Shown piece after piece: positions 14,795 to 23,965 of a stretch of 59,672 bases of DNA; position 1 is the stretch's first letter, and every line of letters starts with the position of its first letter. The notes below the pieces were generated by a model. The model searched no databases. It was not told the DNA's origin and saw only the letters and a program-made list of their open reading frames with translations. The translations under genes and the position numbers were made by a program. The stretch is from a virus: the IMG/VR virus record IMGVR_UViG_3300024999_000014, positions 1 through 59,672 of that record; one strand, written 5' to 3'.

Positions 14795-17430
14795 TTATAA
14801 AAGTAAACGGTAGGGTACTATTTAGGCATACGTCGGACGACTTCGTAACCTTCGAGCTATCGCCAACGACCAGCGTAAAGAATAACCAGGCTTATGTCCT
14901 AGCGAAGGTTATAGCTGACTGGTACCGGAAGCCTTCGGAACTTCGCAGCTGGGGGAAAGGTGCTGCTCTTACCTTAGACAGCCAGCAGCGCGTAAACTTC
15001 CGGGTAGTCCTTAAGCCGAAGGAAATACGCTTTTACATGTTGGTACCCAGGGAACGGGTCGGGGAAATCTTAAGGAAAGCAGAAGCCGTTTACCACGAAA
15101 ACATAAGCATAAACGAAGTAGAGCAGCTACCAGGCCTAGACCCTAAGCTAACCGTATGTAGCGAACTAAGCTACCGTAAGCACGACATATTTAGCCTGGC
15201 GACTGATAAGGACAATAACTACCCGTTACCCAGCTTATTAACCGCCGTACGGACGTTAGAAGGTGACGACGTAGCCATATTCGATACGCTGCTGGAGCCT
15301 TACGACCGCTACGTATGGATAAAGGAAGCGAAGAAGGCCGTAACCCAGCTGGAAAAGGGGTACGTCCCGAACTCAAAAGTAAGCAACAAAGTACTGCAGC
15401 TGGTACACGAATTCTTTAACGGTCTGCGCTTCGGTCTGCTGGAGATAGGGGCGGTAACCAGGGAACAAAAGTTAAAGCTTAAGAAATGGCGCCGGGAAGA
15501 TACCCAGTACCTAGAAGCGGCCCTTATACTTAAGGACATGGCCCCAGCGTCGAAGAAGAAGCAGGCCGACGAAGTAGTAAGGGCCTGGATACGGGTAGCC
15601 GCCCAAAGTGAGAATAAGGACAGGGCGAAAAGCGCCGTACGGACAATGGCGAACGCCTGGAAGGACATAAGCCTGGACAACGACCTGGAGATAATCGAAA
15701 TACCGGATAAGTGGACGCCCAGGTATCTTACGGCCATAGAACAGCGGAAGCCTTTAAGTATTCGCATGCGGCCCGTGAAGCTGGGAACCGACGAAGCCGG
15801 GAAGTTTCTACAGCTACCAGGGCGGGCTATTATCGAGGAATTCCCGGAGATACAGGCCCGGAAGCTGCGGGAAGTACAGATAAGCCCGGAGCTAACCCAG
15901 GAAGCAGGCGTACGAATCGGCTGGGTAACCGAACGGGGAGCGCGTAAGCTAATCAGAATACCTACTAACGCCTTCGGGGATATTAAGCTAGCCGCCGTAT
16001 ACGACGCTTTATGTACGGCGTCCTTCGGGCAGGGAAAGCAGGGCAGCGGTAAAACGGACGGCTTCGGTACGACCTGGGCCTACGACATGGTACTGGCGGG
16101 CTTTACGGTAATAATTATGGATACCGCCGACGGCCAGGTACTGCGGAACTTCGTAAACTGTTTACCGGAAGACTACCCGGAAGAAAAGCTGCATTTATTG
16201 AACTACGATAATAAGGCCTGGCCCATACCGCTAGGCTGGGACGATGTTTACGGGCGGGAATTCGGGGCGGTAGGCGACGAAGAACTAGCCGCTATGGAAA
16301 TCCAGGAGCGCGTAACCATCAGGCTAATAAGCTTTATCGGTAACCTATCGGCGACCGGAGAATTTACCGACCGCATGAAGCAGTACGTCGTTAGTGCTAT
16401 GCGGGCAATAACCCGCCGTAAGGTATGGGACTTTTCAGACCTGGAACTAGCCCTAACCAGCCCGGCTTACCGGGTAGAATTACTAAGGATGCCGGAAGTA
16501 CAAAGCATGCCAGACGTCGTACGCGACCTTAACACGCTGCAGGTTAAGGCTGCCGACGGGAAGGAAGGCCAAATAATAGAATTTATTCTTAACCGTATTC
16601 GTGTACTTAGTGGTACCCAATTCTTAGCTAATGTATTCTTCCAGCCCCCTAAGCGCCAGGAAGACGGTAAGCCGCTGCTGGATATACGCCGTACAATGGA
16701 TAACCCGGAAGGCGGCTACGGACACGTAGTATGTATCCAGGCAAGCGGCGACGCCTGGCAGGGCCTGCAGCCTACTATACTGGGCTTTATGCTGGATAAG
16801 ATTAACTTTAACGCCTTTAGCCGAACGGATACCGAGCAGAAAGACCGTAAGCCCTGCATGGTATGGATAGACGAACCGCACAAGATCATAGGGGCCATAG
16901 AAGGCGACCTAAGCGGGACAGCTGTAGAATTTCGAAAGTACCGAGTAAAAAACCTATTTACTGGGCATAGTATCGAACAAATGGGAAAAGCCGCGAACGC
17001 TTTACTAGACGGCGGCGCCCAGGTAACGAGCTACAAGACGGAACGACTGGCCGAACTTAAGCGCTTCGCCCATGCCTTTAAGCCCTATGACGACGCCGAA
17101 GAACTATACGACGCGTTGCCGGAGAAATGGCGGGCGATAAACGCCGTACGGCTGCCCAGCGGGAAAACCTGCCCGGCGTTTATCGCGGACATGGTACCGC
17201 CGCCTACAGCTGTAAAAGACCGGGGCTACTGTTGGCAAGAAAGCGCAGAAAAGTATGGCAGGCCCTGGAAGGAAGTAAGGGACGTAATACAGGAGAAGCG
17301 CAGCCAGTACGCCAAACTTGACGCCGAATGGTTAGAGGACAGAGAAGAAGAGAAAGCAGCGGCTAAGCAAGCCGAGCGGGACGCGAAGAAAGTAGAACGA
17401 GAAACGAATAAGGGAAAGCGGGCGGGGTAA
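14791..17430 (+). CDS. large P-loop ATPase, VirB4/VirD4/HerA-FtsK superfamily (T4SS-like)
   Basis: ATGA-coupled start. Walker A GQGKQGSGKT, Walker B CMVWIDEPHK, then EFRKYRV..TGHSIEQ (RKY-type motif of this superfamily). Confidence 0.55.
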   Translation: MIIKVNGRVLFRHTSDDFVTFELSPTTSVKNNQAYVLAKVIADWYRKPSELRSWGKGAALTLDSQQRVNFRVVLKPKEIRFYMLVPRERVGEILRKAEAVYHENISINEVEQLPGLDPKLTVCSELSYRKHDIFSLATDKDNNYPLPSLLTAVRTLEGDDVAIFDTLLEPYDRYVWIKEAKKAVTQLEKGYVPNSKVSNKVLQLVHEFFNGLRFGLLEIGAVTREQKLKLKKWRREDTQYLEAALILKDMAPASKKKQADEVVRAWIRVAAQSENKDRAKSAVRTMANAWKDISLDNDLEIIEIPDKWTPRYLTAIEQRKPLSIRMRPVKLGTDEAGKFLQLPGRAIIEEFPEIQARKLREVQISPELTQEAGVRIGWVTERGARKLIRIPTNAFGDIKLAAVYDALCTASFGQGKQGSGKTDGFGTTWAYDMVLAGFTVIIMDTADGQVLRNFVNCLPEDYPEEKLHLLNYDNKAWPIPLGWDDVYGREFGAVGDEELAAMEIQERVTIRLISFIGNLSATGEFTDRMKQYVVSAMRAITRRKVWDFSDLELALTSPAYRVELLRMPEVQSMPDVVRDLNTLQVKAADGKEGQIIEFILNRIRVLSGTQFLANVFFQPPKRQEDGKPLLDIRRTMDNPEGGYGHVVCIQASGDAWQGLQPTILGFMLDKINFNAFSRTDTEQKDRKPCMVWIDEPHKIIGAIEGDLSGTAVEFRKYRVKNLFTGHSIEQMGKAANALLDGGAQVTSYKTERLAELKRFAHAFKPYDDAEELYDALPEKWRAINAVRLPSGKTCPAFIADMVPPPTAVKDRGYCWQESAEKYGRPWKEVRDVIQEKRSQYAKLDAEWLEDREEEKAAAKQAERDAKKVERETNKGKRAG

Positions 17431-17434
17431 AAAT

Positions 17435-17479
17435 AAGTAGTATGGAAGTATTGACTTCTATACTACTTTCCTGTATTGT
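17435..17479 (+). promoter_or_regulatory. early-type promoter with dyad (copy 3)
   Basis: aagtagtat(17435-17443)...TTGACT(17451-17456)...atactactt(17460-17468), a perfect 9-bp inverted repeat. -10 TATTGT. Confidence 0.6.
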
Positions 17480-17513
17480 TAAGGTAACAAATTTGAAGGG
17501 GGTACTTAAATTT

Positions 17514-17975
17514 ATGAAGAAATTAGCATTAACCTGCAAGGCCGAAGAAATTAAAGCGATACAGGACTTTTACGCTAGCCTACCGGAAGACAGCTACCTA
17601 GTAAGTATCTTAAAAGGAATACCGGACTACTGCGAAAGGCAGATAGAAAACGACTTCGGGTACGGACCACTAGAAGAACTAGAAGCTAGGTTTGCAGACA
17701 TTAACAAGCTGGAAAAGAAGTCTATAGCCTTAGCCGAGCAGCTAGCTACCGAGCAGAAGGACAGGGCTACCCACGAAGAACAGCGACGTCGCTTAATCGA
17801 GGAATGTAGGGAGCGGGACGAAGCCGTAGCACGCTTGCTTAAAGAGAAGGCAGACTACCAGCAGGCTAACATTTTAGCCCAGGAAGAATTAACAGCCAGC
17901 GCCCTAGAGGTAATGAGACTTAAGGCCCGACTATTCGACTTCATGGTGGCGGGCGAAGTAAAGGGGGCTATGTAG
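17514..17975 (+). CDS. coiled-coil protein
   Basis: ATG 17514 after SD gaaggggg. The ORF-track start at 17442 lies inside the promoter. Confidence 0.55.
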   Translation: MKKLALTCKAEEIKAIQDFYASLPEDSYLVSILKGIPDYCERQIENDFGYGPLEELEARFADINKLEKKSIALAEQLATEQKDRATHEEQRRRLIEECRERDEAVARLLKEKADYQQANILAQEELTASALEVMRLKARLFDFMVAGEVKGAM

Positions 17976-18322
17976 TGACATTCTGCGAAATGAACAAGTC
18001 GCCTAAAACTGGCTGTAACGAGTGTCCTAATAGGTGGGTATGCGACGATAGCCCGCTAAAGGTTAAAAAGGCCCCCAGCGCGGGGCCTTCTCAAAAAGAA
18101 GGCGGTAACGTGATGTATATAAAGATCATAAAGGGAGATTATGCCGGACGAACGGCTAAGGCATTAACTGGTGGTAAGTTTGACCTATTCGGTAAAAAAG
18201 TAGTAGGCGTAAGGGTAGACGCCGGACTGGCTGGGTTTTTAGTTTTACAAGATGGCGACTACGAAGAAACGACACCGCCAAGAGGTATAGACGGCAGATT
18301 TACGAAGGGGGTAGTTAAATGA
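17975..18322 (+). CDS. hypothetical protein (N-terminal CxxC..C cluster)
   Basis: 115 aa, GTG start overlapping the upstream stop. Confidence 0.5.
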   Translation: MTFCEMNKSPKTGCNECPNRWVCDDSPLKVKKAPSAGPSQKEGGNVMYIKIIKGDYAGRTAKALTGGKFDLFGKKVVGVRVDAGLAGFLVLQDGDYEETTPPRGIDGRFTKGVVK

Positions 18323-19095
18323 ATGATCCGTTTGAAAATGGTACCCCCAAGTACACAACGGCATCCAGTATTTACGATGCTTTATGCGAAGTTGTTCAGG
18401 GCGAGGAGATAGGCATATTGTCGGAAATGTTCGCCGATGTGAGTTATGAAGGTCAAGACTACTATTACACGGATAAGGGTAGCGCCCTCAAGGAAAAGTT
18501 TGAAGAATTGAGCGAATACGAAAACAAAATGTGGGTAATGGACTTGGCCGCGTGGCAGATTGGTGAAACAGAAATCCATGATCTGGTATATGAGGCATTG
18601 GTAAATTCTGATTTAGCGAAACGATTGAACTTTAAAAAGCTATTTACAGACAAGATGCTGGGCGGCGATAAGTCCGAATATGACGAGATCACAGAGGAAT
18701 ACATTGCCGAACTTAGCGAACTTAACCGTTTTGATCAATGGGAAATGATTCAGGCGTTTAACCGGGTGATGCAAGCACGGGGAAAAGCGATGTATGTAAC
18801 ACCATATCCAAGTTTTTGCCACGCTGTAATCGACAAAGTAAAAGGCTTAAAACTGCAAGAGGAAACTCGATTGATTGTCGAGTGCCGCGCGTTCCTCAAC
18901 AGCTATGACGATTTCATATTGGGACTACGTATGAACCAAGCCCTAAATGAGAGCCTAGAGAAACAATACAAGTCTAAGGTATTACAACTGCGATCAAGCT
19001 ACGAGGAAAAATTCAGGCAGCTTTTGCTAATTGCCGAAAGGCAAGGCGTTATTTTGACACCCAATGATACCTTGAAAATGCTGCCGGAAAATTGA
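18319..19095 (+). CDS. hypothetical protein on a compositional island
   Basis: 258 aa. Codon choice (GAT, TTT, ATT, GAA-rich; few GTA/CTA/ATA) differs visibly from flanking genes. Confidence 0.6.
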   Translation: MNDPFENGTPKYTTASSIYDALCEVVQGEEIGILSEMFADVSYEGQDYYYTDKGSALKEKFEELSEYENKMWVMDLAAWQIGETEIHDLVYEALVNSDLAKRLNFKKLFTDKMLGGDKSEYDEITEEYIAELSELNRFDQWEMIQAFNRVMQARGKAMYVTPYPSFCHAVIDKVKGLKLQEETRLIVECRAFLNSYDDFILGLRMNQALNESLEKQYKSKVLQLRSSYEEKFRQLLLIAERQGVILTPNDTLKMLPEN

Positions 19096-19106
19096 TAATT
19101 CGCAAC

Positions 19107-19140
19107 AAGCCGCCCAGGTAAAAACAGGGCGGCTTTTATT
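19107..19140 (+). terminator. intrinsic terminator
   Basis: aagccgccc / gggcggctt stem followed by ttttatt. Confidence 0.75.
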
Positions 19141-19197
19141 ATTTTAAAGGCGCAGGAATATTTTTCTTCAATTATGAGTATAATGTAAATTTGGGGC

Positions 19198-19225
19198 TTG
19201 ACTAATGGAACATAAGGACTATAAT
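19198..19225 (+). promoter_or_regulatory. sigma70-type promoter with GGAACATAAG direct repeats
   Basis: TTGACT-16 nt-TATAAT. Repeats ggaacataag at 19207-19216 and 19236-19245; agaacatag at 19226-19234. Confidence 0.65.
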
Positions 19226-19378
19226 AGAACATAGTGGAACATAAGACACGCTAAGAAAGGGGGCGAACGTATGAGAATGGGCATATGGAAGGCTAAGGAC
19301 CTACGGATATTCTGCCAGGAAAACAGTTTAGCGACCGTCGTAGATAATTACCAGACACTAACAAAGGGGGCTTAAGGT

Positions 19379-20827
19379 ATGGCTATCGGTATAACCGCCG
19401 TACGTATTCGGGGCTTCCGTAGTCATGTCGATACTTACGTAAAACTTACACCTATCGGCCTAAATGTTATTACCGGGAAAAACGACAGCGGTAAGACGGC
19501 CTTACTACAGGCCATACGCTGGGTAGCCCTGGGGGAGCCGGAAGGCGAAGAGTTCCTTTTCACAAAGAGGGACGAAGCCGGGGAAATAATCGACCAGGCC
19601 GAAGAAGCTTACGTAATGCTGGAACTTTCGACCGGGGTAACCGTGGAGAAGACCCGGCGCCGGAAGGGAAAGACGAAGTACAAACTATCGACTATACCGG
19701 AGCCATTCGAACAGGCCGCCGTACCCGACGAAGTAAAGGCAGCGCTGGGAATACGTACTAAGTACTTCGGGGATTATCAGACAGACTTAAATTTCGCGTA
19801 CCAACTAGCCGCACCTTTCCTAGTCAGTGAAACGCCCAGCGCGGGGGCTAAGGTACTGGGTACCCTAGCTGGAACGGAAGCTGTAGACCTGGCGATAAAA
19901 GGAACAAGTAAAGACCAGTACGCCGCCCGGACAGCCAGGCAGCAAGCCGACAAGGACGCCCAGCAACGGGAAAAAGACCTGCAGCAGTATGTAGACCTAG
20001 AACAGCTTAAGGAAGCTTACGGGGCCTGCGAATACCTACTAAGCGAAGCGGAAACCGCCACGCTAAGAGGGGAAAAGCTAAGTACCCTATACATTAAGCT
20101 TTACGAACTACAGGGCGCCGTATCAGACGCCGAAAAGGAACTAGACCGCTTAGCCGACGTACCCGAACTAGCTAAAGACATGGAGGACATAGGAAAGGCC
20201 CAGCAGCGATACGAACGCCTGCTAGACCTTTACGAAAGGAAGGGAAGATTAGACCAAAGTATAGGCCAGTGGGTAGACCAGCTAGAGAAATACGCCGCCC
20301 TACCGCTGACCATTGCGTATCTAGAAGACGCTGAGGGGAACCAGGTAAAACTAGATACCTTAGCTAGGTTATCCTTCTTAGGTACGGAATATACCCAGGA
20401 CGTAGAACAGGCAGCCGAAATACTGGAAAAGACGATAGACCTAGATATACGGGTAGACGACTTACGTACTATCGAAGCGCTGACCGATAAAGCAGACAAG
20501 TTATGGAATATCGAAAATCTGTACAAAATACGGCGGCTGCGCGTAGATCAGATAGCGGCCAGCCAGAAACTACTTACCCACGTACCAGAAGCGGCACTAC
20601 AGCTGCAGGAAGCTATTAAGCTGCAGGACAAGCTTACCAGGCTGTACGAAGTATCCAGCAGGCATACCCTAAAGGCTACGACCTTAAAACGGGCCACGGC
20701 TTCCGAGATTACAGCCAGCGGCGACGCAGAACGCTACCAGAAAGAGCTAGCCGCCGCCTGGGACGCTGCCGGGGGTAGCTGCCCACTATGCGACCAGCCC
20801 GTAGGTAAAGGGGGCTGTAGTCATTGA
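19379..20827 (+). CDS. Rad50/SbcC-like ATPase, N-terminal half (Walker A + coiled coil + zinc hook)
   Basis: GFRSH...ITGKNDSGKTALLQAIRW, a long coiled coil, and CPLC hook (20780-20791) about 12 aa from the C-terminus. Confidence 0.7.
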   Translation: MAIGITAVRIRGFRSHVDTYVKLTPIGLNVITGKNDSGKTALLQAIRWVALGEPEGEEFLFTKRDEAGEIIDQAEEAYVMLELSTGVTVEKTRRRKGKTKYKLSTIPEPFEQAAVPDEVKAALGIRTKYFGDYQTDLNFAYQLAAPFLVSETPSAGAKVLGTLAGTEAVDLAIKGTSKDQYAARTARQQADKDAQQREKDLQQYVDLEQLKEAYGACEYLLSEAETATLRGEKLSTLYIKLYELQGAVSDAEKELDRLADVPELAKDMEDIGKAQQRYERLLDLYERKGRLDQSIGQWVDQLEKYAALPLTIAYLEDAEGNQVKLDTLARLSFLGTEYTQDVEQAAEILEKTIDLDIRVDDLRTIEALTDKADKLWNIENLYKIRRLRVDQIAASQKLLTHVPEAALQLQEAIKLQDKLTRLYEVSSRHTLKATTLKRATASEITASGDAERYQKELAAAWDAAGGSCPLCDQPVGKGGCSH

Positions 20828-21345
20828 AAAACAAGTTTACTGAGTATACCCGTAAGACGGGGGTAGAAATACCGTTTAAGGGCCAGGTACTTACGCTGCT
20901 GGTAGATAGCCAGGACTTAAAGGCGCTGGACTTAGCCGCCGATAAATGGGGAATTTACACCGACCGCCAGGGCTGCTACTTCGCCCGAAGCGATAAAGCC
21001 AGCAGCCAGCATATGGCGCACAAACTACTATTCGATATTCCAAAAGGCTGTAAGCTTGAATGGATTAACGGGAACACCTTAGACCTTCGGCGGGCTAATC
21101 TGAACATGATACAGCCAGACGGTACCCGTGTACCGATGTTAATACCGGAACCGGAAGAAGAACAGCCGCTAGAATACACGCGTACCAGCGACGTAAAGGG
21201 CGTCTACTTCCATAAGGCTAGCCAGAAATGGCATAGTACGGCCTGGCATTGTGGTAAGCGTTATAGCATGGGGTATAAGCCGGACACGCCCGAAGGTAAA
21301 GCGGCAGCCGAAGCCGCCGTAGAAGAATTCCGGGCTAATCACTAA
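20824..21345 (+). CDS. degenerate HNH (HNH_3-like) plus AP2 DNA-binding domain protein
   Basis: HKLLFDIPKGCKLEWINGNTLDLRRANL (catalytic DH replaced by EW). AP2-like VKGVYFHKASQKWHSTAWHCGKRYSMGY. Confidence 0.55.
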   Translation: MKNKFTEYTRKTGVEIPFKGQVLTLLVDSQDLKALDLAADKWGIYTDRQGCYFARSDKASSQHMAHKLLFDIPKGCKLEWINGNTLDLRRANLNMIQPDGTRVPMLIPEPEEEQPLEYTRTSDVKGVYFHKASQKWHSTAWHCGKRYSMGYKPDTPEGKAAAEAAVEEFRANH

Positions 21346-21370
21346 TTAAAAACGAAAGGGGTTTAACGAA

Positions 21371-21604
21371 TTGGACGCAAAGCAACGTATTGAACTGGGG
21401 AGAATGAACCTTAAGAAAGCGGAGCAGGCCCAAACGGTAGCCGCAACGCAGAAGGAAGCCGCAGAAAAGCAGCTGGCCGAAGTAGTAACCGATATGGAGA
21501 AGGAAGGCGTAACACCTGAAACTATCCAGCAGGAAATAGCGCAGACCGAAGCAGCACGCGACATGGCCCTGGACAAGTTCGAACAGCTGCTACCGAAAGT
21601 ATAA
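21371..21604 (+). CDS. coiled-coil protein
   Basis: 77 aa, TTG start after SD aaagggg. Confidence 0.5.
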   Translation: MDAKQRIELGRMNLKKAEQAQTVAATQKEAAEKQLAEVVTDMEKEGVTPETIQQEIAQTEAARDMALDKFEQLLPKV

Positions 21605-21617
21605 GGGGGCGCTACCT

Positions 21618-22409
21618 ATGGGATTATCCGACTTAATGAGGGGCCGCCAGTTAGGTAAGACGGCCACGACACAGGCCAAGGTAACCGCAAAGGCTACAGG
21701 CGGTACCGTAACCATGGTAGCAGAACTGGTACACGTAGTAGGCGGTACGTATCGCTTAGACAAGGCCCGCGCAGACGCTAAGCAAATAGGCGAACGCCTG
21801 GCGGTAATGGTGGGAAAGCGCGACCTTCTACAGCAGCAGCTAGACGACGCCGTACTAAGGCGCCTGGAAGCGCAGCATAACCTAAGTGTTTACGACAAAG
21901 TACTGGTACTGCTGCAGAAGACCAGCGAGTACGCCAGGGAGCAGGTAAAAAGCCGAATTGAAGAACTGGTAACTACAGCCCTTAACGTCGTCTACGCCCG
22001 CCCTTATCGTTTCTGGATGGTATTAGACATAGCGGCAGGTAAGCCAGTAGCCGAATACTGGGTAGACATTGAAGGGGTACACGTACAACTTAAGCCGCCG
22101 GACTACGGAAAAGGCGGGGGAGTTATCGACGTCGTAACGGTAGCCCTACGGCTGGGAATATTTGAGCTGGAGCAGGAGCAGGGGCCGCTATTCTTTGACG
22201 AAGTAGGTAAGCATATCGACAAATGGGCAGCGCCAGGACTAGCCTACTTCCTACACGAATACGGGCAGAAATTTGAACGGCAAATAGTCCTTATTACGCA
22301 CAGTAGCCAGCTGGCGGCGTCTAGCGACCTGGCAGTAAAGCTGTACCAGGAGAAGGGCCGCAGCTACACGACTAGCAAAATAGAGGACGACGAAGGGGGC
22401 GCCGAATAG
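21618..22409 (+). CDS. Rad50/SbcC-like ATPase, C-terminal half (signature, Walker B, H-loop)
   Basis: Coiled coil, then GKGGGVIDVV (signature-like), PLFFDEVG (Walker B), LITHS (H-loop). Confidence 0.65.
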   Translation: MGLSDLMRGRQLGKTATTQAKVTAKATGGTVTMVAELVHVVGGTYRLDKARADAKQIGERLAVMVGKRDLLQQQLDDAVLRRLEAQHNLSVYDKVLVLLQKTSEYAREQVKSRIEELVTTALNVVYARPYRFWMVLDIAAGKPVAEYWVDIEGVHVQLKPPDYGKGGGVIDVVTVALRLGIFELEQEQGPLFFDEVGKHIDKWAAPGLAYFLHEYGQKFERQIVLITHSSQLAASSDLAVKLYQEKGRSYTTSKIEDDEGGAE

Positions 22410-22699
22410 TGCAGCACGTTTATTACACCGCCGAAGACATTAGCGATACAGACAGCTGGGGGCAATCCAACATAGTAGACGGCGGCCTGGGAGTTTGTAA
22501 AGTTTGTGGGGGAATGGAAGGCAGCCTTACGACGGATTGCCCAGGGGAGCGGATACCCTACGAGAAAGACCAGGAAGTATACGCCGGGAAAACAGACTAC
22601 CGGGAAGGCCGGGGCTGGGTACCAGAACTTAATCCGACTAATCAGACCTGGAAAAAAGCTATGGAAATACGGGAAGCACTAAAGGGGGGTAGGCTGTGA
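22409..22699 (+). CDS. hypothetical Cys-cluster protein
   Basis: 96 aa with CKVCGG...DCPG. Confidence 0.45.
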   Translation: MQHVYYTAEDISDTDSWGQSNIVDGGLGVCKVCGGMEGSLTTDCPGERIPYEKDQEVYAGKTDYREGRGWVPELNPTNQTWKKAMEIREALKGGRL

Positions 22700-23691
22700 A
22701 GTTTATCTATACAGGCGACTGGCACCTACGCGGCACGAACCCCAGGAACCGAGTAGGAAGCTACGTAGACGCGGCGAAGGAGAAACTACGGGAAGTATTC
22801 GGTATAGCTGAACAGGTAGGCGCCGTAGCTATCGTATGCGGCGGGGATATATTCGACAGCCACCAAGTAGCCGACAGCGTTAAGGACATGTACGCCGACC
22901 TACTAAGCGAAAGCCCGGTACCCATTTATACTACAGCTGGGAACCATGACCTAAGCGGCTACAACCTGGACACGTACAAGAACGGCAGCCTAAGCATACT
23001 GGAACGAATGGTACCGGGCTTACACGTTAAACTAAGGCCCGACGACGCCGAAATAATCATACCGAACGACGGAGCGCCGCCTATCTATCTTACGTTTACG
23101 CCGTACAGTGGCAAGGTAGACCGCGAAGGCTACGGGTACAGCCCGGAGAACTTGAAAAGCCTGGAAGGGTACCCGGAACCGTTTAGGCTGCATACGTCAC
23201 ACGCTATGGCGCTAGACCATATACCGCCTTTCGACCGCTTTACATTGCTTACGGATATTCAGACGGAAGCGGATCTACTACTAACGGGACATTGCCATAC
23301 TGGATACGGAGTATTTAACAGGGCCGATGGTAAGGTATTCTGTAATCCAGGTAGCTTACTACGAAGCAGCGCCAGTATGTCAGAGTTAGAAAGGCCGATA
23401 CAGGTAGCCGTAATCGACGTAAGGGCTAAGAACGACTTCGACATAACCCTGGTACGGCTAAAGTGCGCTAAAGTAGGTACCGAAGTATTAGACCGTACCG
23501 GAATCGAAGCCGACGCCGCCCGAAGCTACGCTATGGATACCTTCGCAGCCCTAATTAAAACGAACACGGGGGCTAAGGTACTGCTGGATATAACGGCCAT
23601 AGTCGAAACCATAGCCGCCCAGGAGGAAATAGACCAGGAAGTAGTAGACGTAGCGCTTAAGAAGATAGCCGAAGCGCGGGCGGTAGCGTGA
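22696..23691 (+). CDS. sbcD: Mre11/SbcD-like metallophosphoesterase nuclease
   Basis: GDWHLRG, GGDIFD, GNHD, GHCH motifs. Confidence 0.85.
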   Translation: MKFIYTGDWHLRGTNPRNRVGSYVDAAKEKLREVFGIAEQVGAVAIVCGGDIFDSHQVADSVKDMYADLLSESPVPIYTTAGNHDLSGYNLDTYKNGSLSILERMVPGLHVKLRPDDAEIIIPNDGAPPIYLTFTPYSGKVDREGYGYSPENLKSLEGYPEPFRLHTSHAMALDHIPPFDRFTLLTDIQTEADLLLTGHCHTGYGVFNRADGKVFCNPGSLLRSSASMSELERPIQVAVIDVRAKNDFDITLVRLKCAKVGTEVLDRTGIEADAARSYAMDTFAALIKTNTGAKVLLDITAIVETIAAQEEIDQEVVDVALKKIAEARAVA

Positions 23692-23960
23692 TGGCCGTTA
23701 TAGTGGGTAGACCGCCGTGGAGGAATAGCGCCAAAGTAAAGATACGGGTATGGACTTGTAAGCAATGCGGCCACGAAGAAGCCATACGCCAGGGCTGGAA
23801 CCTGGAAGAACTTAAGTATACGCAGCTGGGGCCATTAACTAGCCGGGTAACCTGCCCAGCATGCGGGGCCTACACGCTGCAGCGGGCGTACGACGATACG
23901 TTTAAGGCTGGCAATTTTCTAATGGTAGTACCTAAAAATTCGATTAAGGGGAAGGGGTAA
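23688..23960 (+). CDS. zinc-ribbon protein
   Basis: CKQCGH...CPACG. Confidence 0.5.
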   Translation: MMAVIVGRPPWRNSAKVKIRVWTCKQCGHEEAIRQGWNLEELKYTQLGPLTSRVTCPACGAYTLQRAYDDTFKAGNFLMVVPKNSIKGKG

Positions 23961-23965
23961 ACGAA

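Noticed and set aside
19271-19327. A small ORF upstream of the SbcC-like gene.
   Set aside because: On careful reading it stops after 18 codons (TAG at 19325-19327), so it is treated as part of the 5' leader.
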